56,834 nt of DNA from Minisyncoccia bacterium. Its GTDB lineage: Bacteria; Patescibacteriota; Minisyncoccia; Phycocordibacterales; UBA2100. Shown here piece after piece: positions 34,969 to 43,519 of the stretch. The notes beneath the pieces are model-generated. The model did not search any database, was not told where the DNA came from, and was given only the letters and a program-made list of their open reading frames with translations. Numbering within the stretch: position 1 is the first letter of the stretch; the number at the start of each line of letters is the position of its first letter. Location of the stretch: positions 1 to 56,834 of the forward strand of contig JBAQUX010000025.1 in the NCBI GenBank assembly GCA_049297775.1, given 5' to 3'. A program made the position numbers and the translations under genes.

Positions 34969-36126
34969 ATGAAAATTTTCATTACTTTCATAGTATTACT
35001 GTGCATAACAAGTGCCACACAAGCAGAGGCGGTGCTCACGAGTGATATTTCATTAGGGAGTAAGAATGACTCTGTAAAGGAACTTCAACAATTTCTAATA
35101 TCACAAAAATTACTTACTGGGGATGCTTCTGGCTACTTTGGAAACCAGACATTGAAAGCGGTGCAAAAATTTCAAACGAGAGAAGGCTTGAAGCCGACTG
35201 GGTATGTTGGCCAGCTTACACGTCTACGCGTGAATATGTTCTTACAGAACGTTTCTAGTACAAAGTCATCAAATGTACAGCTTCCAAAAAAAATTGACCC
35301 GCCCGGAACAATCTGTAGCGCATTGCCTCTAAGGGCACTCCCACGAACGACGACAGACAGACCTGATGACTTCGCTGGACACCAGGTACATTTCGTCTAT
35401 GTATTGCCGAGTGACAGTCCAGACGAACAGTTAGATACCAACGGCACTATTGTGCGATCTGTAAATGCGTTTGCGCAGTGGTTTTGCAAACAGACAAATG
35501 GTGTCGGTTTAAAAATTGATACTGCGGGTGGCGCCTTGGATGTAACGTTCATTAGACTCTCATCGCCAGACAGTGAGCTACTGCACGGGACAACCCTTCC
35601 GTGGAAAGTGAACCCTGATTCAAATCCATATACGAGAGACGACCTAGAGAGGCGCCTACCCTCATTCGGACTAGATGATTCAAAAAAGATTTATGCCGTC
35701 TACTATGGCGGAACAAGCAATACGAGCTGTGGTGGAGGACCGTGGCCACCTGAACTTATTGGTCGTGTTGCTGCACTGTATGTACACGGTAGCTATGGAA
35801 ATAATCCAGCGATACCACGCTGTGAGACGAACCCTTTTGCATCTTCAGTGCAGAAGCCAGGGTATAGAGAATTCAGTATGCTTCATGAAATATTTCACAC
35901 ATTGGGCATGGTTCCTTCATGTGCACCGCACCACACTCTTCGAGGGCACACGAGCGACAGTACTGCAGATATTATGTATCAAGGCGATGGACACTGGGAT
36001 TATGACCGTTTAACTATTGATGTAAACCATGATGATTACTACAAGGCGTCTATACCTGGGTGTCAAGACTTGAGCACAAGTATTTTCCTTTCTCCTGGTG
36101 GTACTGCACTACCCAAGGGCTGGTAA
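34969..36126 (+). CDS. secreted peptidoglycan-binding protein with an HExxH metalloprotease-like domain
   Basis: It has a signal peptide, a PG_binding_1-like domain (VKELQQFLISQKLL...KAVQKFQTREGLKPTGYVGQLT) and a C-terminal HEIFH motif. TGTGATATT (34952-34960) lies 8 nt from the ATG. Confidence 0.7.
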   Translation: MKIFITFIVLLCITSATQAEAVLTSDISLGSKNDSVKELQQFLISQKLLTGDASGYFGNQTLKAVQKFQTREGLKPTGYVGQLTRLRVNMFLQNVSSTKSSNVQLPKKIDPPGTICSALPLRALPRTTTDRPDDFAGHQVHFVYVLPSDSPDEQLDTNGTIVRSVNAFAQWFCKQTNGVGLKIDTAGGALDVTFIRLSSPDSELLHGTTLPWKVNPDSNPYTRDDLERRLPSFGLDDSKKIYAVYYGGTSNTSCGGGPWPPELIGRVAALYVHGSYGNNPAIPRCETNPFASSVQKPGYREFSMLHEIFHTLGMVPSCAPHHTLRGHTSDSTADIMYQGDGHWDYDRLTIDVNHDDYYKASIPGCQDLSTSIFLSPGGTALPKGW

Positions 36127-36132
36127 AATACT

Positions 36133-36744
36133 CTAAGAATTTCTTCTTGAAGAAAATGCGTTTTTAAGGGTTTCCGCATCTGCATACTCTAATTCTGAAC
36201 CTGTTGATAGTCCGCGCCCTAGTGTGGATATTGAAATATCATGTGACTGAGCCAGTTCATTTAAGAAGAGTGTTAAAATGGTACGTGTGTGTTCTCCGTC
36301 TGTAGTGACAGGCAAAGCAAATATTATTTCGCATGTAGCATTATTCTTTTGAATGCGCTCAGTAATATATTGAGCTGTTTTTGGTGGAATTACTTCCTCT
36401 GTAAGTGGAATAAGGCCTCCAAGTACGAAATATAACCCATTATACATACCGGCCTGTTCAAATGCTTGAATATCAGCATCCTTACTAACCACCATAAGAA
36501 GCTCCTTATTACGATTTGGTGCGACGCAGATAAGACAATGAGAGTCATGCGTTTTCTTTGGAATATACCTGTGGCATAAGATGCAGCGCATGACACCTTG
36601 TGAGAGAGAAGAGATTTTATTAAGTAATTCAATACGGTACGCAGTGTCAGCTCGTAAAAGAAAATATACGAAACGCTTGGCTTGACGCGGGCCAATACCG
36701 GGAAATCGTTCAAAAAGTTTACTGAGTGCTTCTATATCGTCCAT
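36133..36744 (-). CDS. recR: recombination protein RecR
   Basis: It has FERFPGIGPRQAKRF (HhH), a C4 zinc finger (CILCHRY...CLIC) and a Toprim region. ATG 36744 is preceded by TGTACACT plus 6 nt. Confidence 0.9.
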   Translation of the reverse strand: MDDIEALSKLFERFPGIGPRQAKRFVYFLLRADTAYRIELLNKISSLSQGVMRCILCHRYIPKKTHDSHCLICVAPNRNKELLMVVSKDADIQAFEQAGMYNGLYFVLGGLIPLTEEVIPPKTAQYITERIQKNNATCEIIFALPVTTDGEHTRTILTLFLNELAQSHDISISTLGRGLSTGSELEYADAETLKNAFSSRRNS

Positions 36745-36765
36745 GGAAGTAGTGTACAACAAGTA

Positions 36766-38157
36766 TTACCAAGAGTCTTCGGCGCCCTGCATTGGCGATG
36801 GCGTCGGAGCGAAATCTGAAAAATTACTTTTTTCGATATTAACAAATGTAGTACTGTCTCCGTTGAAGTAGAGCTCAACTTTACCAATTGGACCATTTCT
36901 GTGCTTTTCAATCATGATGTCAGCAATGTTTGGACGATCAGAGTTCTCGTTCATTTTATCATCACGGTGAATAAACATAACGACGTCTGCGTCTTGCTCA
37001 ATTGAACCTGAGTCACGCAGGTCAGATAGTCGTGGCTTATCACGTCTTTGCTCCACGGCTCGAGAGAGCTGTGAAAGAGCAAGTACCGGTACATTTATTT
37101 CACGCGCAAGTCCCTTGAGGGCGCGTGAAATTTCTGTCACTTGCTGTACCAAGTTGTCAGATTTATGTGACCCGGATGGAGTAATCAACTGCAAGTAGTC
37201 AATAATAATAAGTCCAAGATTTTTTTCAGATTTAAGGCGACGTGCAGTCGATCGCATTTGGAGTACGGTGCTATGCGCACGATCATCAATGTAGAGTGGT
37301 GCCTCCTTCAATCTATCAATTGCCTCAGCGATGGCATCAAAGTCTTCGTCACGTCGAATGCGACCGGTGCGCAACTCCCAAGCCTTAATTTTTGCCTCAG
37401 CCGAAAGCATACGGTCTGTGAGTTGCTGTGAACTCATTTCGAGAGAAAATATAGCCACGGGTATTTTATGCTTCACCGCTGCTTGGCGTCCGATATCAAG
37501 CGCAAGCGTGGTCTTACCCATGGAAGGACGTGCTGCAAGAATAATGAGGTCAGAATTTTGAAGCCCTGAAAGAAGATCATCAAGTCCTGGATATCCAGTA
37601 GGTACACCGCGGTGACGTTCACCTCCTTCTTGTAGCTTACCGAGACGCTCTTTGGCATCAATAACGGCATCATGCATTGAGATAACTTTGTTCGTTGATG
37701 ATGTGTTCGCAATTTCAAATATTTTTTGCTGTGCCTCATCAACAACTTCTTCAACATCAATATCTTCGTGATACCCAATTTCACCAATATGAGATGCGGC
37801 ATCAATAATATTTCGGCGAACAGACTTTTCTTTAACAATGTCTGCATAATATATAACGTTACCCGCAGCAGGCGCAGCCCCTACAAGCTCAGAGAGATAT
37901 GATGAGCCACCGACTGAATCCAATCGTTGCTGTTCCTTTAACTTACCTGAAAGAGTCACGAGGTCGATTGGTTCACCCTTTTCAAATAACGCTCGCATCG
38001 CGTCGAAAATAAAACCGTGTTTTGATGCATAGAACGACTCGGGGGAGACACTATCAGCAATTTCATACATTGCATTTGGCTTTAACATTATCGCGCCAAG
38101 TAGGGCTCGTTCTGCATCTAAGTTTTGCGGTGGTACTCGTACACTTTTTGTTGCCAT
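36766..38157 (-). CDS. dnaB: replicative DNA helicase DnaB
   Basis: Motifs PPQNLDAERALLGAIM, Walker A (ARPSMGKTTLAL) and IIIDYLQL are present. Start is taken at MATKSV (38157; CACAAT plus 6 nt upstream), with ATG 38181 as an alternative. The track ORF to 38391 is an over-extension. Length is normal, so no intein. Confidence 0.9.
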   Translation of the reverse strand: MATKSVRVPPQNLDAERALLGAIMLKPNAMYEIADSVSPESFYASKHGFIFDAMRALFEKGEPIDLVTLSGKLKEQQRLDSVGGSSYLSELVGAAPAAGNVIYYADIVKEKSVRRNIIDAASHIGEIGYHEDIDVEEVVDEAQQKIFEIANTSSTNKVISMHDAVIDAKERLGKLQEGGERHRGVPTGYPGLDDLLSGLQNSDLIILAARPSMGKTTLALDIGRQAAVKHKIPVAIFSLEMSSQQLTDRMLSAEAKIKAWELRTGRIRRDEDFDAIAEAIDRLKEAPLYIDDRAHSTVLQMRSTARRLKSEKNLGLIIIDYLQLITPSGSHKSDNLVQQVTEISRALKGLAREINVPVLALSQLSRAVEQRRDKPRLSDLRDSGSIEQDADVVMFIHRDDKMNENSDRPNIADIMIEKHRNGPIGKVELYFNGDSTTFVNIEKSNFSDFAPTPSPMQGAEDSW

Positions 38158-38293
38158 GCGCGCATTGTGCGCTCTTGTCATTGTTTGCGCAACATTGAGT
38201 CTTTGGGGATTGCGGGGATAGTTAGGGGAGAAATAAAATACGCGATACCAGAGAGGCTGGTATCGCGCTAGATTCGGTGAAATGCTCAATCTG

Positions 38294-38551
38294 CTACCAC
38301 TTAATAAAGATTGCTCCGATGCCAAGAATGGCACCACCGAATGCCCATAACGCAAGCAAGGCTTTGAAACCTTTGCTTCTGTTTTGCGCATAGCTCATAA
38401 GTAGAGCTGCAACCCCAGAGCTAGCGAGAAGTGCAAACCCAATCTTATGCACATCGGAGAGCTGTGTGCCCTCGCGTTCGAGGAGCTGTGATGCGAACAT
38501 CACAGTCATCACGAGTAGCACTACCCGTCGTATATTATCGTACGTCGTCAT
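38294..38551 (-). CDS. small membrane protein (relatively G+C-rich)
   Basis: 85 aa with three hydrophobic segments. GAGG lies 4 nt upstream of the ATG, and TGTATAAT is further upstream (38618-38611). No family recognised. Confidence 0.5.
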   Translation of the reverse strand: MTTYDNIRRVVLLVMTVMFASQLLEREGTQLSDVHKIGFALLASSGVAALLMSYAQNRSKGFKALLALWAFGGAILGIGAIFIKW

Positions 38552-38639
38552 CTGGCCTCACCAAACGAAGTACTCAGGCAGAAGGATTTCCACCACAAAG
38601 CACTTAAAATATTATACATTAAAATTTTAATTCGTCAAT

Positions 38640-38669
38640 AAAAAAGTGCGACACCTTGCGATGTCGCAC
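38640..38669 (-). terminator. rho-independent terminator
   Basis: On the minus strand: GTGCGACA-8 nt-TGTCGCAC followed by TTTTTT. Confidence 0.75.
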
Positions 38670-38692
38670 CCCCAAAATAATGCCTGATGAAC

Positions 38693-38965
38693 CTAGTGGT
38701 TCATCGCGGAATAGCCAAAGAACGCAGAGGTTCCGACCATCGCCACCGAGAGGCACATAAGAGCGAGCGGGAAGTTGGTGATGCGCTTCTGTGCGTACTC
38801 ATGAGCGTGCCAAGTGGCAGCTCGGTCCATCGCGACGTATGAAGCGATGAGTGCGAGCAGTGCGCCCGCAATCATCTCGTAAGTCGTAATTTGATGAGTC
38901 GTCAGTTGCGCCAGTGCGTCTGAAAGTGTCGTCACCGCATTCTCCCATATTGGGGCAATCACCAT
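38693..38965 (-). CDS. small membrane protein on a G+C-rich islet
   Basis: 90 aa with two or three hydrophobic helices. Hand counts on two lines give about 55-60% G+C. TGGTATAAT lies about 29 nt upstream of the ATG. No family recognised. Confidence 0.5.
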   Translation of the reverse strand: MVIAPIWENAVTTLSDALAQLTTHQITTYEMIAGALLALIASYVAMDRAATWHAHEYAQKRITNFPLALMCLSVAMVGTSAFFGYSAMNH

Positions 38966-39022
38966 GGCCCGATGCCATAGCTATGCATTCACATTATACC
39001 ACAAATATTGATAAAAGCAACT

Positions 39023-40444
39023 TTACGCTTTTTCTACTATCTGACCCGCATCAGTGTCTTTAACCAAAAATCCGAGACCCAATATTACATCACGCAACCT
39101 ATCTGATTCCTTCCAGTTCTTATCTGTGCGTGCACTTTTTCGCTCATCAAGAAATTTCTGCACATCTTCAGAAATAGTCAGCACTTCTTGTGTCTCACCG
39201 AGCCCGAGTCCGAGTAATGATTCGAGTACTATGAGTGTCGCTGATTTATCCTCCTGAGTAATAGTTGGTGTATTGAGCATCTCCCACACAAGCGCAATAC
39301 CCTTGGCTGTGTTCAAATCATCATTAAAGGCATTTAAAACGTCACGCAGGGTCGATTCAACTGGGATACCGCTCTCTGATACCTCACTGTACTTTTGGAG
39401 TCGTTTAAGGGCAGTTTCGGCGCCCTTTAATGATTCATACGCAAAATCCATTGGGGTACTGTAATGTCCAGTGAGGTACAGATACCGTAGCGCGCGAGGG
39501 TCATAACCATCAGCGATAAGTTCGCGAAGTGTAATTGCATTACCCACAGATTTTCCAATGCGCGCACCATTAATAGTTAAAAAAGCGTTATGCATCCAAA
39601 TGTTGGCAAAAGTCTCACCGCTTGCACACTCAGACTGCGCAATTTCGTTGTTGTGATGGACCGGAATGTGGTCAATTCCTCCTGTATGGATATCAATATG
39701 TACGCCAAGAAGCGCGCGACTCATTGCAGAACATTCAATATGCCAACCAGGGAAGCCAGTACCCCATGGTGAATCCCATTCTTGTTCTCGCTGCAGGCCA
39801 TCTTGTGGCGATACTTTCCACAACGCGAAGTCAGTAGGATTTTTCTTTTCGTCGGACAAGGCAACACGTGCACCGGCCTGCAAACCCTCAAGATTAATAC
39901 CGCCAAGCGCACCATACCGAGGGAAGCGGGCGGTATTAAAGTACACACCATCTGAAGTAGTGTAGGTGTATCCTTTTTCTTCAAGTGTTTGTATGAGCGC
40001 AATTTGCTCAGCAATAAATCCTGTCGCACGAGGAAACTCAGTACCCTCGGTTCGGATGTTGAGCGCGGTTAAATTTTCAAAAAAAAGAGTCGTGTACATT
40101 TCAGCAATCGCAGTAGCAGAAAGACCACGTTCACGAGCAGCCTTTTCCATCTTGTCGTCTCCGGAATCTGCATCACTCACTAAATGACCGACATCGGTAA
40201 TATTGATTACCTGACGTACTGCAAAATTATTCGCTTCGAACATTCGACGCAACGTATCGGAGAACACATACGCACGAAGATTTCCAATCTGTGGCTCATT
40301 GTATACTGTTGGCCCACACGTATAGAGGCGCACCTCACCAGGAACAATCGGCGTGAAGATTTCCTTTTTTCGCGAAAGTGTGTTTGTTAGTGCTATTGGT
40401 ATCAGCTCACTATTCTGAATAATGTCTGAGATTTTTTGCTTCAT
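39023..40444 (-). CDS. cysS: cysteine--tRNA ligase
   Basis: 473 aa with YTCGPTVYNEPQIGNLRAY, class I synthetase colinearity and a KIGKSVGN (KMSKS-like) motif. Confidence 0.95.
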   Translation of the reverse strand: MKQKISDIIQNSELIPIALTNTLSRKKEIFTPIVPGEVRLYTCGPTVYNEPQIGNLRAYVFSDTLRRMFEANNFAVRQVINITDVGHLVSDADSGDDKMEKAARERGLSATAIAEMYTTLFFENLTALNIRTEGTEFPRATGFIAEQIALIQTLEEKGYTYTTSDGVYFNTARFPRYGALGGINLEGLQAGARVALSDEKKNPTDFALWKVSPQDGLQREQEWDSPWGTGFPGWHIECSAMSRALLGVHIDIHTGGIDHIPVHHNNEIAQSECASGETFANIWMHNAFLTINGARIGKSVGNAITLRELIADGYDPRALRYLYLTGHYSTPMDFAYESLKGAETALKRLQKYSEVSESGIPVESTLRDVLNAFNDDLNTAKGIALVWEMLNTPTITQEDKSATLIVLESLLGLGLGETQEVLTISEDVQKFLDERKSARTDKNWKESDRLRDVILGLGFLVKDTDAGQIVEKA

Positions 40445-40450
40445 GGTGCC

Positions 40451-40459
40451 AGTTTAACA
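40451..40459 (-). promoter_or_regulatory. extended -10 (TGTTAAACT) 6 nt upstream of the cysS ATG
   Basis: The minus strand reads TGTTAAACT-ggcacc-ATG(40444). Confidence 0.5.
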
Positions 40460-40499
40460 TGACGGCGTGCGCGTATACAGTTGCGGATATACATGCGTA

Positions 40500-40508
40500 T
40501 GCGATAAT
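40500..40508 (+). promoter_or_regulatory. extended -10 (TGCGATAAT) 6 nt upstream of ATG 40515
   Basis: TGCGATAAT-catcaa-ATG. It is divergent from the cysS promoter, about 40 bp away. Confidence 0.5.
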
Positions 40509-40514
40509 CATCAA

Positions 40515-41759
40515 ATGCAAAAAAATCAATCAAAAATATCTTTATTCATTGGCGGAACAGCACTCTTTGCACTCGGTATACTCTTTGGTATCAGCGGTTA
40601 CACCGCACCACTTGGTACGACGTCTGTATCAGCATTTGACGCCACAACGCCTGAGCAGGTTGATGTGACACCTGTGTGGAAAGTCTGGAATGCACTCGAT
40701 GAGAAGTTTGTTCATGCAAAAGCGCCGGGCACAAGCGATAAGGATGTTACGAAGCAAGACAGAATTTGGGGTATGGCGGAAGGTCTTGCTGCGTCAATGA
40801 ACGACCCATATACCGTTTTTCTTCGTCCTGAAACAAACGCAATGTTTAAAAGTGATATCAGTGGCTCTTTTTCTGGTGTAGGCATGGAGATTGCTGTTCG
40901 AGACCAAGTGTTGACCGTTGTATCTCCATTGAAGGACACGCCATCATACAAAGCTGGCATAAAGGCACTTGATAGAATTCTTAAGATTGACGATGTAGAT
41001 ACAAAGGGTATGAGTGTAGAGGCTGCAGTTAAAATCATTCGTGGCCCAAAGGGAACAGCGGTAAAGCTTACAATCCTTCGCGAGGGAGAACCGGCGGAAA
41101 AAGTAATTTCTGTCGTCCGTGACATTATTAATGTTCCGATAATCAAAACAAAAAAACTTCCTGGCAATGTATTCCAAATCGAATTTCTCAGTTTCTCTGA
41201 AAATTCACCTGAACTTTTTAAGCAAGCACTCGTTGAATTTCAAAAGAGCGGATCTAATAAATTAATTCTTGATTTGCGAGGAAACCCAGGTGGCTATCTT
41301 TCAGCTGCAGTAGATGCTGCGAGTTGGTTTATTCCGAGTGGGTCTGTTGTTGTTACAGAAGATTATGCTGGTAAACAAGAATCAATTGTGCACCGTTCAG
41401 CTGGATACAATGTATTTAACGACAAGTTGCAGATGGTAATCTTACAGGATAAGGGGTCAGCATCTGCATCGGAAATTCTTGCTGGCGCGCTCAAGCATTA
41501 CAAAAAGGGAACTGTTATTGGGACAAAATCATTTGGCAAGGGCTCAGTGCAAGAATTAGTACAAATTACACCTGAGACATCACTTAAGGTTACTGTCGCA
41601 CGATGGATAATGCCTGATGGAAAGAATATTGGTGGAGAAGGTATTGATCCAAACATTGTTGTTGAAGTTCCGAAAGAGCTTCCAAAGCCAGACAAGAAGG
41701 GAGTAGTAAAAGATCCAATTCTTGACCGCGCATTACTCTACTTAAAGAATGGAAAATAG
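40515..41759 (+). CDS. S41-family C-terminal processing peptidase
   Basis: It has a TM anchor, a PDZ region (GVGMEIA...SPLKDTPSYKAGI) and a catalytic region (LDLRGNPGGYL...GSASASEILAGAL...KSFGKGSVQ). Confidence 0.9.
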   Translation: MQKNQSKISLFIGGTALFALGILFGISGYTAPLGTTSVSAFDATTPEQVDVTPVWKVWNALDEKFVHAKAPGTSDKDVTKQDRIWGMAEGLAASMNDPYTVFLRPETNAMFKSDISGSFSGVGMEIAVRDQVLTVVSPLKDTPSYKAGIKALDRILKIDDVDTKGMSVEAAVKIIRGPKGTAVKLTILREGEPAEKVISVVRDIINVPIIKTKKLPGNVFQIEFLSFSENSPELFKQALVEFQKSGSNKLILDLRGNPGGYLSAAVDAASWFIPSGSVVVTEDYAGKQESIVHRSAGYNVFNDKLQMVILQDKGSASASEILAGALKHYKKGTVIGTKSFGKGSVQELVQITPETSLKVTVARWIMPDGKNIGGEGIDPNIVVEVPKELPKPDKKGVVKDPILDRALLYLKNGK

Positions 41760-41783
41760 ACTTACCGGGTTAATTTGCACGTT

Positions 41784-42218
41784 ATGAAAGTAATACTACT
41801 TAAGGACACACCAAAAATTGGAAAGAAGGGCGAAATCAAGGAGGTTTCTGATGGATACGCACAGAACTTTCTTTTTCCGCAAAAAAAAGCGGAGCGCGCA
41901 ACGCCTGAAAAAATTGCCACAGTGCAAAGAGAGCTCAAAGATGCTGTAGCACATAAAGCTGCTGCGCTTAAAATTTTTACTGATGCAATTAAAAGCCTTG
42001 ATGGTGTAAAAATTTCTGCCAAAGCAACACTTGAAGGCGGTTTATTTGAAGCGATTACTGCTTCAAAAATTGCTGCGGCATCTCGTGCCCAAGGTGTTTC
42101 TATACCTGAATCTACGATTCATATAAGTACTCCAATTAAGCACACAGGTGAACATTCTGTTCCTGTGCACTTTGACGGCTGGAAAGGATCAGTACGCGTC
42201 ATAGTTTCTAAAGAATAG
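41784..42218 (+). CDS. rplI: 50S ribosomal protein L9
   Basis: MKVILLKDTPKIGKKGEIKEVSDGYAQNFLFPQKKA. 144 aa. Confidence 0.9.
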   Translation: MKVILLKDTPKIGKKGEIKEVSDGYAQNFLFPQKKAERATPEKIATVQRELKDAVAHKAAALKIFTDAIKSLDGVKISAKATLEGGLFEAITASKIAAASRAQGVSIPESTIHISTPIKHTGEHSVPVHFDGWKGSVRVIVSKE

Positions 42219-42221
42219 TTC

Positions 42222-43016
42222 ATGGATTACGCGCGCGTGCTCAGTATTGTACGCGATACTCGTACACGTACATTCCCACAGTTTGGCATTGTACGTCCTG
42301 AAAATAAAAGTAACACGTACCATGATGTAGTTACAGAATGCGACCGAGCCGTTGAAGTATTCCTTAAAGAAAAACTGTATGAGCTTGACCCATCGATAAC
42401 TTTTTTCGGTGAAGAATTTGGCGGAAATACTACAGACCGCTTTTGGCTTTGTGACCCCATTGATGGCACGGGCCATTTCGTTCGCGGACTACCGTTTTGT
42501 ACTACCATGCTCACACTTATAGAAAATGGCGTTGTTACCTTTTCTGTTATTTACGACTTTGTATCCGATACTTTGTACCACGCGATACGCGGTGAAGGTG
42601 CGTATAAAAATAATGTGCAAATTTTTGTGAGCACTCGCGCGCTGAAAGAGGCGTACATCGTGTTTGAGTCACAACTGAGGTACCCTCAGAACGCAGAAAA
42701 GTATGCTCAGCTTGAAAGTATGTGTGCACTTCCTGCAACAATCAATTGTGGTTGGGAGTTTGCAATGATAGCTGAGGGTAAATTTGATGGACGTATCACA
42801 CAGAACCCATACGGGAAAATATGGGATTTTGCTCCGGGATCATTACTCGTATCTGAAGCAGGTGGTGTAGTTGCGAATATCGGACGTAGCAACTATACCT
42901 ATACAAATCTTGACCTAATCGCAACAAACAAAACTATTTACGAAGAACTTACTTCAGGAAGTCAACCATTATTCCCATTCGTTAATGAAGTATCGAAGCC
43001 TCATGATATTATTTAA
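42222..43016 (+). CDS. inositol monophosphatase-family phosphatase
   Basis: FFGEE...WLCDPIDGTGHFVRGLP, plus WDFAPGSLLVSEAGG near the C-terminus. Confidence 0.8.
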   Translation: MDYARVLSIVRDTRTRTFPQFGIVRPENKSNTYHDVVTECDRAVEVFLKEKLYELDPSITFFGEEFGGNTTDRFWLCDPIDGTGHFVRGLPFCTTMLTLIENGVVTFSVIYDFVSDTLYHAIRGEGAYKNNVQIFVSTRALKEAYIVFESQLRYPQNAEKYAQLESMCALPATINCGWEFAMIAEGKFDGRITQNPYGKIWDFAPGSLLVSEAGGVVANIGRSNYTYTNLDLIATNKTIYEELTSGSQPLFPFVNEVSKPHDII

Positions 43017-43018
43017 CA

Positions 43019-43486
43019 ATGAGCATGAGAGAGTTACGAAAATCTGAATCAAACCCAACGTTTAACGACACACGCAATGATGAGGTTGGATTATACTCGC
43101 AGTTGAGTAATGCATTGGTGCGCATCGCATCACTCGTTTCAGAAAGTTCCGGTCGTGCAGTCACCATGCAAGACGGCGACATTCATATTTTGGGTGGTAT
43201 TGAACATCGCGGATACGGTTCCCATGTAGCAAAGCCTGCTACAAAATTAGAGCAATTTATGCACTCTGGTTTTTTGAGTGGCTGGGGAATTGGAAATGCG
43301 CATATACAAAGACTGAAAGGTATCGCTCGCGAGCTCGATGGAAATGTTGACGCAACAACAACGGGTAGTGTAACGACCATGCGAAGAGGTGCGTCACCAT
43401 GGTCATTGTCCGAGACAAGAAGCATTTATAGATTTGTACAGAATATTCAATCTCACATTGAACAGGTATACGCTGTTAGAAAGTAG
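43019..43486 (+). CDS. hypothetical soluble protein
   Basis: 155 aa with no TM segment and no motif recognised. The start lies 2 nt after the upstream stop. Confidence 0.55.
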   Translation: MSMRELRKSESNPTFNDTRNDEVGLYSQLSNALVRIASLVSESSGRAVTMQDGDIHILGGIEHRGYGSHVAKPATKLEQFMHSGFLSGWGIGNAHIQRLKGIARELDGNVDATTTGSVTTMRRGASPWSLSETRSIYRFVQNIQSHIEQVYAVRK

Positions 43487-43519
43487 GCACGAGCACTCAA
43501 TGATGCACTCGCAGGATTA

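Noticed and set aside
36766-38157. Checked dnaB for an intein or intron insertion, which is common in some lineages.
   Set aside because: The length of about 463 aa and the uninterrupted helicase motifs indicate a standard DnaB.
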